Origin: Octopus bimaculoides
Taxonomy: Eukaryota
Length of the DNA stretch: 64,000 nt
Assembly: GCF_001194135.2 (NCBI RefSeq)
Contig: NC_068997.1
Coordinates: 2,453,763 to 2,517,762 of the forward strand
Direction of reading: 5' to 3'
Part shown: piece by piece, positions 26,111-38,545 of the stretch
How the letters are laid out: each line of letters starts with the position of its first letter
Position numbering within the stretch: the first letter of the stretch is position 1
Translations under genes and position numbers: made by a program
The notes under the pieces: model-generated
Told to the model about the DNA's origin: nothing
What the model saw: the letters and a program-made list of their open reading frames with translations, nothing else
The model's database searches: none

Positions 26111-27043
26111 AGTGCTATTTACGGGCCATATATTCCTTATTTTTTCTTTTACTTGTTTCAGTCATTTGACTGTGGTCATGCTGGAGCACCACTTTTAGTC
26201 GAACAAGTCAACCCAAGGACTAGCTTTAGCCTTGAGTGTGTTTGGTAGATGGAAACTTAAAGAAGCCTGTTGTGTGCGTGCTTGTGTGTATCCCACCACT
26301 ACTTGACAACCAGTGTTGGTGTATTTACATGCCCATAACTTAGTGGTTCAGCAAATGAGATCGTATGAATTGCTAGAAACAGCAAACAAACCTCCCTCAA
26401 ATTGTACCTACCACCTTGCAAAGAGTCACATTCGATAATGTGTACTTGGATTCCTTACACATGGAAAAATGTTGTGATACTCATGGTTCTAATGTACAGC
26501 TTCGATGGTTGCTCAATTTGTTAGAAATAACAGCCAAATCTCTCTCAATCATACCATCTTATAAAGGGAAACAGACATTCAGTCATGTAGGCCTTTTAGT
26601 ACTCTTAGACAGGATGGTCATGGTTGGAATGTTTTCTATCAAAGTCTGTTTGATCAGGACCGACCTAGAACAGCAACAGCATCAATTAATCTCTAACTGG
26701 TGTTCTTTTAGTTACACTAAAGGCTCAGAGAGTAAAACACCATTCTGGTCGGGGTGCAAAGGGCTTATGTAGAGAAAGTTCTTATTTTGATTTTCCGCTT
26801 CTGCAAGGATATGAAATGTCCAATGCTGAAATTCCACAAACTGAGAAATGCTATCTCAGAGCATCGATAGCCTGTATTAACTATCCCAGTCTCCATGTCA
26901 CCACTATTCCACATTAAAGAGTACCAACAGCTTCTGTTTACTATCCCAGGTTCCTTGCTAGCATTACTCTACAACTATTAACTCACTCCCTCACACTTCT
27001 ACTCCACACCAGAAAGTAGACAAGAAGACACAAACACATCAAA

Positions 27044-27280
27044 AAGGCGGTGAGCTGGCAGAAACGTTAGCACACCGGGCGAAATGGTTAGTGGCATTTC
27101 GTCAGCCGCTACGTTCTGAGTTCAAATTCTGCCAAGGTCGACTTTGCCTTTCATCCTTTCGGTGTCGATTAAATAAGTACCAGTTACGCACTGGGGTCGA
27201 TATAATCGACTTCATTCGTTTGTCTGTCCTTGTTTGTCCCCTCTGTGCGTAGCCCCTTGTGGGTAGTAAAGGAATAAGAA
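27044..27280 (+). mobile_element. Young SINE family A copy with variant tail
   Basis: A-box tggcagaaacg and B-box gagttcaaattc; central gactttgcctttcatcctttcggtgtcgat; tail shared with 37955-38190. Confidence 0.85.
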
Positions 27281-27807
27281 AGTATGAAATATTTACAGCC
27301 TACCCCTCACCTCTCCACCCTATCACAGAGTACCAACTCTATTTACTCCCTACCTCTCACCTCTCCTCTCTAACACAGAGTACCAACTGTATTTACTCCC
27401 TTGCTCATACCTCTACTCCTTATCAAAGAGTACCAACTCTACTAACTCCCTCCCCCTCCCCACTACTCCACATCACAACGCTATCAAATAACATTTAAAT
27501 ATTTCTCTGCACCATTCCACATGAATTCCTGCAGACACCAACATAGTTTTTTTCATTTATTTGATACATTAATTAGAAATATTTCATGGTTTATCAAAGA
27601 AAGTTACATTTAATCAACTGATGCTACATGTCAGTACATATACATATGTATATATGTGTTTGTGTGCATGCATATGTATGTATGCATCTCTCTATGTGTA
27701 TGTGTGCGTATGTATGTATCATTGCATGCTTAAATGTCTGAATAAGGATGGATATTTGAAAATGTGTGTGTATATACATGCATGTGTATGTATACATTTC
27801 ATCCTAC

Positions 27808-27866
<59 letters not shown>

Positions 27867-28126
27867 CATACATATAAATATATGTATGTATATGTATACA
27901 CACACACATATATATACATATATACATGCATATAAACATACATGCATACATATACATACATATAAATATATATATGTATGTGTGTGTGTGTGTGTGTACA
28001 TGTGTACTTGTTATATATCTGCATATGGGTGAATGTGTGTATGAGTGTAAGCATGTGAGCATATAGGCGTGTGCGTGTGCATGCCTGCATACGTATTGTA
28101 CAGCATATGTGTACATACATACATAC

Positions 28127-28158
<32 letters not shown>

Positions 28159-28544
28159 GTGTGTATGACTACGTTAGCATTTCTATCAGTGTGTGTATGT
28201 GTTGTCAGAGACGGACACATACACACAGACAGACGCATACACACACACAAATAGTCATCGCTACTTATCAATATCAACAGGATGAATAATTCTAGTCTCA
28301 CCTCCATTGATTTAACCCTTCCACCCATCACCATCACAGCTACATAACGACAGATTAATTACAACACACACCACACCCCCTTACACACCCTCTACCCTCC
28401 CCATTTCACCCTCCCCATTTCACCCTCCACCACACACACACACACACCGTCTATGCCATACCACACACACCAGATGTCAGGTCAGTCACCTATTTTTTTT
28501 TGTTTTCATTACGTTATCAACTTTATTATTATAATTACTCAGTA

Positions 28545-29199
28545 AGGCAGCGAGCTGGCAGAGTCGTTAGAGTGCTGGACCAAATGCTTAGTGGTATTTC
28601 GCCCTTTGCTATGTGCTGAGTTCAAATTCTGCCAAGGTCGACTTTGCCTTACATCCTTTCGGAGTTGATAAATTAAGTACCAGTGAAATACTGGGGTCAA
28701 TATAATTGACCAGTTCCCACCTCACAAATTTAAGGCCTTGTGCCTCCAGTAGAAAGGATTATTATTCAGAGAAACACTGGGGTCAATGTAATCGACTAGT
28801 CTCCTCCCACATATTTCAGGCCTTGTACTTATAGAAAAAGGATTATCATTATTATTATTATTATTAGGGCAGCAAGTTGGCAGAATTCTTAGCATGCCAG
28901 GCAAAATGCTTAATGGTAATGTCCATCTTTACATTTTGGGTTCAAATTCCACTGCCGTCAACTTTGCCTTTCATAATTTTGGTGTCGATAAATTAAGTAC
29001 CAGTCAAATACTGGTGTCGATGTAATTGACTAGTCCCCTCCCCACAAATTTCTGGCCTTGTGCCTGTAGTAGAAAGGATTATTATTATTATCATTATTAT
29101 AATTTTCGTTGTTGTTGTTATTATTATTATTTCTATTATTATTATTTCTATTATTATTATTATCATTATTATTATTTCTATTATCATTATTATTATTTC

Positions 29200-29236
<37 letters not shown>

Positions 29237-29265
29237 TCTATTATTATTATTATTATTATTATTTC

Positions 29266-29296
<31 letters not shown>

Positions 29297-29560
29297 TCTA
29301 CCAAGGCAGTGAGCTGGCAGAATCATTAGCATGCTGAATGAAATGTTTAATGGTATTTCACTTGTTGCTATGTTCTGAGTTCAAATTCCATTGAGGTCAA
29401 CTTTGCCTTTCATCCTTTCAGGGTCGATAAAAGACGTATCAGCCGAGTGCCGGGGTCAATATAATCGATTTATCCTTTATCCGAAGTTATTGGACTTGTG
29501 TCAAAATTTGAAATCAATAAAAGAAGTATCAGTTGGGCACTGGGGTTGATTGTGTACTCT
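28545..29560 (+). mobile_element. Head-to-tail array of family A SINEs interleaved with (ATT)n
   Basis: Copies at about 28545-28760, 28770-28845 (3' part), 28865-29078 and 29301-29520; expanded (TAT)n at 29080-29300. Confidence 0.85.
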
Positions 29561-29759
29561 GGTAAGATTTGAACTCAGAAAGAAGAGAGCCAGAATGAAT
29601 ACAAAAATATAATCTTCCTAATGCACTAATGACTTTGTTTTACATACTTGCACCCACCTCTGGTCAAGAATCACAATAAACTATAGAAGTAGGCATCAAA
29701 TTCCATTATCTTTAGCTCATTATTCCTTGAGAATGGAGTGACAAAATATTTTTGGAAAA

Positions 29760-30110
29760 CAGCAAAGATGTGCTTAACAGGATAGCATATGTCCACTGTG
29801 ATCCATTCAAAGACTGAAGTCTGACTGTATTTCTTCACTGTGGTCCACAATCTCACTTTGTCATCACACAGTGGTCTGTCAAAGACTGAAGCCTCATTCA
29901 GTTGCCTCACTGTGGCCTGGCCATCCAGGCCCATTCAATGGCTTTCATAGCTTTCTGATAGAGCATATGTATCTTGAGCATACTTAGAGACAACATATAC
30001 TTGGGTCTTGCATCAAAGAAATTACCAAGATCAATCTTGCGGCTAACACATCATTAGCTGTGCCTCCTCTGTGTATATCTTTTAAGTAACTAATTCCTGC
30101 ATTGCTTCTG
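29760..30110 (-). pseudogene. Possible highly decayed LINE RT fragment
   Basis: Minus-strand translation RGGTANDVLAARLIL...YQKAMKAIEW loosely resembles the RT segment before D[F/Y]xKAFD; many disablements. Confidence 0.25.
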
Positions 30111-30518
30111 CAGTTATTTCTTTGATGAAACTAATGTATGCTGTACTGAGTTTACAGCAGAGTATACAGGGGTGGGGGGGAGAAGGTGGAGAGAGAGACT
30201 AAAGAAAGAAAGAAAGAAAAATAGAGATGATGGAGAAAAGAGAGAGAAAGGGAGAAGGCAGGAAAGAGAGGGTGAGAGAAAAAGTGGGAGAAGAGAGAAG
30301 GAAAAAGTTACACAGAGACAGATACACAAACAAGGAGAGAAAGAGGGGAAGGGGGAAGAGACAGAGACGATAGAAGGGGAGAGAGAGAGAGAGAGAGAGA
30401 GAAAAGAGAATAGGAAAGAGAAAGAGGGAGAAAAGTGAATAGGAAAGAGAGAGAGAGGGAGATATAGGTTGTGGGAGAGAAAGAGACAAAGAAGAGAAAG
30501 AAGGAAAGATTTACAAAT

Positions 30519-30589
<71 letters not shown>

Positions 30590-33324
30590 AAAATACAGGA
30601 GTCCATGGTTTGTGATCATAGTTCTGTTAAATTAGTGTTGACCTGGGAACTAATCAACACCAAGACTAGAAACAACACCACTGTCCACCACCTTCCTGTC
30701 CACTACTAAAACTACTATGACCACCACCACTACCACAACCACCACCACCACCAACAACAACATCTACAGTTGCACTACAACCAAAATAAAAATAAAAGAA
30801 ATAGAAATATTTGACAATTCTACAGAAATAATCAACGCAGTTAAATGATGTTATTGTAAACTAACACATTTATATTGATAATTAAATATACTAATTAATC
30901 ATACTAATTAATATCTAGTTCACATAATTAATTACTCTAATTAACAATTAGTGTTAGCAATTGATACTCAGTATCCCTTTTACTTAATGATGTTAATTGA
31001 TACTTAATTATAATAATTGCTTAATATGTCTTTCTACTATGAGCACAAGGCCAGAAATTTTGTGGAAGGTGGGTGGTCAATGGCACTGTGACACCTTAGA
31101 TAATGTAGTCCCATATACAACATCTGCATGAAAAACATGAAACAACTTTGATCAGCCTTGATCTGCTGGATCAGTGCTGGCCAATGGCTAAACCACAGGT
31201 AATATACAACAGTAATTATTCTCGAACAGCAGTTGCTAACCTATCTCCTCCTCTACCAATTCTGGCATAATAATCCCTCCTACTATAGGCACAAGGCCTG
31301 AAATTTGGGGGAAGAGAGCTAGTCACTTATAAGAATGTCGGTATTCAGCTGGTACTTGTGTCATCAATCCTGAGAGGATGAAAGATAAAGTCAGCCTCAG
31401 CAGAATTTGAATTTAGAAGGTCAAGACGGACGAAATGCTGCTAAGCATGTTGTCCACTATGCTTCCTCAAGTGTACAATTACCTCCTCAGTGGGAAAGCA
31501 AACCCCAGTTTCCCATTTGACAGGAGGGGTACTTTCCGCTATGCTACAAAGGATGGGCTTAATGCTGGTATAACAATATCAACATCAAACACTGTGGAAC
31601 AGCAGCTACAACCCTTCTTCCACCAATCCTAGTATCCAATAGCAACAACAACAATCGTCTAAAAACAAAAGGTTCAGTTACACCAGAATTGTAAGTCCCT
31701 GCCCAAACAAAACAAGCTATAACTAGCTGCACCTTCTGTTCCATCTTTCCCAAGGGTTATCGACAGCAAGAAAGCACACACAGTGCATTCAACTAATCAC
31801 TCCATCCACATGAACTGTTACCTCATCTGACCAAATTATGCAATCATTAAGATACAGAGCATCATAGAACACCAATATTTTTCATCATAGAATTTCCCTC
31901 AGCAAACAAAATTGTCTTCATTTCATGGTTTTAAGAGTCTAAGAACAAACAGCATATATTTCAACCATTCAGAACCAATCACAATGATGTTTTGTCACTA
32001 TTCAGTTAAGATGAACCAAACCTTAAGACAAAAGTTTGATGTTAGGAAGGACACATTATACAGTGTAGTCCTAGGTGCACCATGTCTGAATAGATGATAG
32101 GAGAGTCATGTCTAGAGCATCTTTCATCATAAGTTTAGAGCTAAGCAACAACATAAGGAAAGACATGCTAGATAGTATAGACCTAAGTACACTCTGTCTG
32201 AATAGATGATAGAATCTTCAAACAGACTTGTCTTCCATGGTTTTTAAGAATCAAGTATTAAACGAGATGTGTATTTCAACAGTCCAGCATCATTGAGAAC
32301 GATGCTTTGTTTATATTCAATTAAGATGACACCCACACCTAAAACTGTTGTCTGATTACGTTGACTGTTTAGCTGAATATTCTCTTCTGCCCAGACAGAA
32401 ATTGGCCAATCAGAACAACAAGAGGCATCAGTTACTGAAATTTTACTCTCTCACTTTTTAAGCAACTCTTCAGCCATTCTCTTTGATTCATGGATCACAT
32501 GTGAATTCCTTCCTTCTTTGTCATTAAATTGAAGTTGTGGTATGGGAGTTCTTCAATGATATACCCATTATCCTCATTTTATATCCACTTTTTCATGTTG
32601 GCCTGGGTTGGACAGGCTGTCATAGTTGGAGTCAGTTTTTCTTTGGAGTCACAATCCTTCGAGATGAGTCAGGCACTATGTCTTGTTCACATTTTCCAAT
32701 TTTGTCATGATTTCTATAACTGGATGCCTTTCCTAACATCAGCTATTTCAGAGTGTATTGTGTACTATTTTTTTATCATGACACCAGCCCTAGAGAGGTT
32801 GTGATGTTGTTGACAAAACTAAAGAATTCTCTCGTGCGATTCTGCTCGTTAAGGTAAGGTAACTGATGAGGATGAATAGAAGAGAAAGTAATGAGAAAGA
32901 AGAGACCAGGATGAAGCCTGATAGAAGGGAAATAATAAAGAGGAAACAGTGAGAGAGGGGAGTGATAGGGTGATTAGGAGGTAGTAATGGAAGAGAGACA
33001 GTGAAGGGTAGTAACATGTTGGTTGTTGATGAGAAAAGTGAACAGAAAAAAACAATAACATAGGATAGAAGAAGGAAAGTTGGAAGATAAAGTGACGAAA
33101 GAAGGAGTAATAGAATTGAAAAAGATGGGAAGAGGGAACAATGCCTCCCAACAATGAGAAGTAGAGGGAGTCTTGTGAAAGTGACAATAATAATACAGAT
33201 GAGGAATGGTAAGAGTGAGTGTGATGGATGTCAACAAGTGATGAGAGAGAGAGAGAGTGAAAAGAGAGAAAGAGAGTGAGTAGAAAGAGAGAGAGAGAGA
33301 GATGGGTAGCAATAAGGAGTTTAC

Positions 33325-33370
33325 CTTGAGGCCGCTCTTTTCTGGGTCACAGTTCCAAATATGCACTTTT
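33325..33370 (-). CDS. Candidate small exon (KVHIWNCDPEKSGLK or KCIFGTVTQKRAAS)
   Basis: Donor aag|gtaaac; weak acceptor aatctgtag|; unique non-repeat sequence. Confidence 0.2.
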
Positions 33371-33853
33371 CTACAGATTCAGGTATATCCCTATTATCAC
33401 CAAACTTTGTTTATGAGTAACCCATGTGTGAAACCTTGGGTGAGCGTATTCTACTATGGTTCCATTGTCACCAAACTTGGCTTATCATAAATAATGACCC
33501 AATGTGTGATACCTTGAGGAAAGTGTCTTCTACTATAGCCCCAGACCCACTGCGTGGCACCTTGGGTGTGAGTCTTTTATTCTACAAAAGCTTCATTCTC
33601 ACCAAACTTGGTCAATAAATAACAAGCTAGTCCAATATATAGGACTCTCATTACCTCACATAATTCTTTTATTAGGTGTGTGACCCAGTGGTTAGGGTTT
33701 TGAACCAACAATTATGAGTTGGTGGGTTCAATATCTGGACGAGCAAGGTACTTTATTTCCCATTACTTCAAGTTACTCAGCTGTAATGAGTACCATCTAG
33801 GTTCTGGTGCTGGTCTCCCCTTTTCTATCCATCACATCTTGGATGTTATATGG

Positions 33854-34111
33854 CAGTGGTTCTCAACTAGGGTCTATATGGCCCTTGGGGGATCCACAAA
33901 CAATTTTGCTGCTTAAATTTATGTGCAATAAACTGACTATTCTTCAACAATACACAAAATGTTTTAACAATTTTTTATGCAATTCCTATTAATATTTAAT
34001 TATAAAAATTTTACAGCATTTTTTTTTAAACATCAAATGGCTGTGAAAGTTCATTAGGGTAAAATAAGGATCAAAAGGAGTCCATTAGCAAAAAGGGGCT
34101 GAGAAACACTG
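33854..34111. mobile_element. hAT (Charlie-like) MITE, second copy
   Basis: TIRs cagtggttctcaac / gctgagaaacactg; decayed TSD ttatatgg / ttctacag; internal sequence is the reverse complement of 21214-21480. Confidence 0.75.
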
Positions 34112-34251
34112 TTCTACAGGATTCATGTAGCGGAGACAACTGACAGGATATTTTCCTCTGCCCATGACTATGCAGGCACTGAAAACAATTAGAGAAAGTG
34201 GGGTACAAGGCTGCAAGTTATACTCACTTGGGAGTGATGGCTATGGTAATT

Positions 34252-34632
34252 GTTGGCACTCCGTCGCGTATGACGTCGAGGGTTCCAGTTGATCCGATCA
34301 ACGGAACAGCCTGCTTGGGAAATTAACGTGCAAGTGGTTGAGCACTCCACAGACACGTGTACCCTTAACGTAGTTCTCGGGGATATTCAGCGTGACACAG
34401 TGTGACAAAGCTGACCCTTTGAATTACAGGCACAAGAGAAACAGGAAGTAAGAGGGAGAGAAAGTTGTGGTGGAAGAGTACAGCAGGGTTCGCCACCATC
34501 CCCTGCCGGAGCCTCGTGGAGCTTTAGGTGTTTTCACTCAATAAACACGCACAACACCCGGTCTGGGAATTGAAACCGCGATCCTATGACCGCGAGTCCG
34601 CTGCCCTAACCACTGGGCCATTGTGCCTCCAC
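34252..34632 (-). mobile_element. Young full-length tRNA-derived SINE (family D) with a perfect 15-bp TSD
   Basis: TSD atggctatggtaatt at 34237-34251 and 34633-34647; A-box tggcccagtgg and B-box ggtttcaattcc on the minus strand; CpG-rich. Confidence 0.92.
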
Positions 34633-34889
34633 ATGGCTATGGTAATTAACATAACGCTATAAAACAATTATTTAGAAGAAACAATATTACAGGGGAGAAG
34701 TAGGGGAGGAATATGAAGATATATAGAGAAGAAAACAGTGAAAAAGATGGTGAGGAAATGTCAGAATAATAAGGAATTGCAGAGAATGTAGGGTGAAAAG
34801 CAGCAGCCTGCCAGGATGATGTTGCCAAGGACATTATCATGTGACCAAAACTAACCAATGGAAACTAAAAAGAATGCCACATGCCTCAC

Positions 34890-34948
34890 CCGCTGTACTT
34901 TTATTCCACGAACCCTCAATTAGGTTGTATGTTTCATAGTTTTGCTGC
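34890..34948 (-). CDS. Best candidate coding exon of a minus-strand host gene (xQQNYETYNLIEGSWNKSTAx)
   Basis: Strong acceptor cccattttctcttcttgtgtgatcttcag|, strong donor cgg|gtgagg, 59 nt, exactly one open frame. Confidence 0.45.
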
Positions 34949-35002
34949 CTGAAGATCACACAAGAAGAGAAAATGGGTTGTAATGAAGTGCATCATCAGC
35001 AT

Positions 35003-35043
<41 letters not shown>

Positions 35044-35183
35044 TGTGAGAGAAAAAGCAAGAGAGAAGGGAAAGGAAGAAATGAAATCAGATTAACCGAT
35101 CAGAGAAATCCACAATTAAAACAGAAACTGTTTTATGCACACACACACAGACACATGAGTGTCTGTGTGTGTGTGCATGATGT

Positions 35184-35224
<41 letters not shown>

Positions 35225-35908
35225 NNNNNNNNNNNNNNNNNNNNNNNNNNNNNNNNNNNNNNNNNNNNNNNNNNNNNNNNNNNNNNNNNNNNNNNNNNNN
35301 NNNNNNNNNNNNNNNNNNNNNNNNNNNNNNNNNNNNNNNNNNNNNNNNNNNNNNNNNNNNNNNNNNNNNNNNNNNNNNNNNNNNNNNNNNNNNNNNNNNN
35401 NNNNNNNNNNNNNNNNNNNNNNNNNNNNNNNNNNNNNNNNNNNNNNNNNNNNNNNNNNNNNNNNNNNNNNNNNNNNNNNNNNNNNNNNNNNNNNNNNNNN
35501 NNNNNNNNNNNNNNNNNNNNNNNNNNNNNNNNNNNNNNNNNNNNNNNNNNNNNNNNNNNNNNNNNNNNNNNNNNNNNNNNNNNNNNNNNNNNNNNNNNNN
35601 NNNNNNNNNNNNNNNNNNNNNNNNNNNNNNNNNNNNNNNNNNNNNNNNNNNNNNNNNNNNNNNNNNNNNNNNNNNNNNNNNNNNNNNNNNNNNNNNNNNN
35701 NNNNNNNNNNNNNNNNNNNNNNNNNNNNNNNNNNNNNNNNNNNNNNNNNNNNNNNNNNNNNNNNNNNNNNNNNNNNNNNNNNNNNNNNNNNNNNNNNNNN
35801 NNNNNNNNNNNNNNNNNNNNNNNNNNNNNNNNNNNNNNNNNNNNNNNNNNNNNNNNNNNNNNNNNNNNNNNNNNNNNNNNNNNNNNNNNNNNNNNNNNNN
35901 NNNNNNNN

Positions 35909-35969
<61 letters not shown>

Positions 35970-36501
35970 GTATATATACATACAAATATACCTACACTTG
36001 TTTCTTTTGTTGTTATCTATTGTTGTTACTGCAGATGGTGTTGTTGTTGTTGTTATTGTTACTCATAGATGAAGATCTGAAGATTTTCATTTCTGTTCCA
36101 GTTTCCATTAAAACCTTACAAAAGAGGAGTAGGAGGAGATGGAGGAAAGACCGGAACGTTTAGTCTCAAGAGACTCATTACTGCCGCCACAACCACCACC
36201 ACCACCACTACAACTACTACTACTACCACCACCATTACTGTTACTACTACTAACATCACCACTAGAGCTATGATCACCACCACCACCACCACTACCGCTA
36301 CCACTGCAATAGCTACAATTGCCACTGCAACCACCATCACTACTGTTACTATCCCTTCCACCACCTACATCAATATCATTACTATTATAGCTACAATCAC
36401 ACACCACTACCACCGTCACCTCTACCGGAACTGCAACTACCAGCACTACACTGTCTACTGAAGTTGGTAATATTTTCTCAAACTAATAGGGGTGCCTCCA
36501 C

Positions 36502-36890
36502 ATGGTTGCTGTCCTGCTAGAAATAACAGTTAAATTTCTTTCAAATCACACATACACATTACAGTAGTATAAAAGAAAAAAGCCACATTAGATAAGGTAG
36601 TCCTAGATACACAATGTCTGAATGACAGACAGCTTTTGATCATCGGCCTGTGTGTAGGATCATGACAGATCTGGGGCCAGACTACAAAGAAGCACAGACA
36701 CATTAGATAACGTAGTCCGAGATACACTAGTCCGATGAAAGACAGAAAAGTCACAGTGGAAATATCTTTGATCATCGGTCTGTTGGATTAGGATTGATCT
36801 GGGGCTAAACTACAAAGAAGGAAGGATACATTAGACAATGTAGTCTTAGATACACTATGTCTGAATGAAAGATAATAATACAAACACCTT
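36502..36890 (+). repeat. Dispersed repeat with internal ~120-bp triplication
   Basis: acattaga(t/c)aa.gtagtc..agatacac at 36584, 36699 and 36827; related single-unit fragments near 21.1, 26.5, 31.1 and 60.5 kb. Confidence 0.7.
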
Positions 36891-36928
36891 TGATTATAGA
36901 TTTAATTATCAGACCATCAATATTTTCA

Positions 36929-37511
36929 CCTCTTAGCTTTCAGATTACTGTTAAATGTGATGCGTATTTATTCACACTATTTGAATTAATCACGCATTAC
37001 CTCATAGCTTTGAGATTTTGGTGGTGTTACTGTTTTATTTTTAGAATGACATTATAAGACAGGTGTGAGAAATCATATTGAATATAAGATAGATAGGATA
37101 TTTAGTTTTCTTTCTTCTCGAGTTATACCAACTCATAAGGGCTGGTTTCCCAGCTTCCATGGCATATAAATTCTCCACCTGGACTGGATGCCAGTCTGTC
37201 ACAGGGTCACTCATTTTTGCCAGCTGAGTGGACTGGAGCAACGTCAAATGAAGTGTTTTGCTCAAGAACTCAACACAACTCTCAGTCCAGGAATTGAAAC
37301 CATAATCTTACAATCATGAGTTCGACACCCTAAACACTAAGTCTTGAACCGCCACAAGTTTCCCTACTCGAGTCACACAATGTGTTGCCCTGTCTAGGAA
37401 TTGAAAACACAATCTCATGACCATGAGTCCAACACTCTAACCACCAAGTCATTTGCCTCCAATCAATGTAGAATATTTGGGCCACATATGGCTGGTTTGA
37501 ACACTAAAGGG
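36929..37511. mobile_element. piggyBac-like MITE interrupted by SINE insertions
   Basis: Left end (ttca)cctcttagctttcagatt and right end cactaaaggg(tcaa), decayed forms of TTAA-CCC...GGG-TTAA; family C SINE nested at about 37115-37345. Confidence 0.45.
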
Positions 37512-37954
37512 TCAATGTTACTGACAATGCAGCTATTTGCTGCATCACAGAAACAGTGGTTGTTTAGAAAAGTAGAATGCAACATCACACAACAGTTGTA
37601 ATTGAGTGTCACCCTTATAAAGAAGGTGTCATTCATTTCCTATTTTGTGTATAAAACATACTTGGTTGTGGAGAAATATTACCTTGCTTGCAAACATGCG
37701 AGCGTTGGCAACAGGAAAGAGATCCGACTGTAGGAAATCTGCTGCCATAAATTCCATCTGATCTATGGGAGCACGGAAAAGTGGATTTTTAAACAAGGAC
37801 AATCATGATGATAATGTGCATGTGTGTGTCCTTGTCTTGATGTCCCCTAACAGTTGTGAATGAGTGCCACTATCCTACAAATGGTGTCATTCCTTTCCAA
37901 TATTCTATGTAAACATGAAGGGGGAAAGCTGGCAGAAATATTGGTATAACTGAA

Positions 37955-38545
37955 GGTGACAAGCTGGCAGAAACGTTAGCAGACCAGGGCGAAATGCTTG
38001 GCAGTATTTCGTCTGCCGCTACGTTCTGAGTTCAAATGCCGCCGAGGTCGACTTTGCCTTTCGTCCTTTCAGGATAGATTAAATAAGTACCAGCTATGCA
38101 CTGGGGTTCGATATCATCAACCTAAAATCCATTTGTCTGTCCTTGTTTGTCCCCTCCGTGTGTAGCCCTTTATGGGCAATAAAGAAATAAGAAACATTAG
38201 CATATCTGGCAAAATGATTAGCAGCATTTCACCCATCTTTACATTTTGAGTTCAAATTCTACCGGGGTCAATATTGCCTTTCATCTTTAGGGATTGATAA
38301 AATAAATACCAGTTCAGCACTGGGGTCAATGTAATTGACTTACTGTTAACATGCCAGGCAAGGTGCTTAACAGTATTTCATCCATTTTTACATTCTGCGT
38401 TCGAATTTTGTCAAGGTTGATTTTGTCTTTCATTCTTTAGGGGGTCGATAAAATAAGTACCACTTGAACACTGGGGTCAATGTAAATGACTTACCCTGAC
38501 CCCCAAACCTGCTGGCCTTGTGCCAAAATTTGAAGCCAATATTTT
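37955..38545 (+). mobile_element. Head-to-tail array of three family A SINEs
   Basis: Three consecutive ctgagttcaaat...ggggtcgataaaataagtacc...ctggggtcaat units. Confidence 0.85.

Noticed and set aside
32794-32853. + strand segment RGCDVVDKTKEFSRAILLVK with a strong donor
   Set aside because: Its acceptor side lies within a decayed RTE-tail-like repeat; no further support.
32862-32900. ctgatgag...gaaag hammerhead-like words
   Set aside because: Purine-rich low-complexity context with no pairing for any stem.
34560-34632. tRNA-like A and B boxes
   Set aside because: No complete cloverleaf or acceptor stem; this is a SINE head with a TSD, not a tRNA gene.
36102-36461. Open Thr-rich + strand frame after a good acceptor (FPLKPYKRGVGGDGGKTGTFSLKR...)
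   Set aside because: Mostly (ACC/ACT)n, which rarely contains stops; the opposite strand is equally open; no homology evidence.
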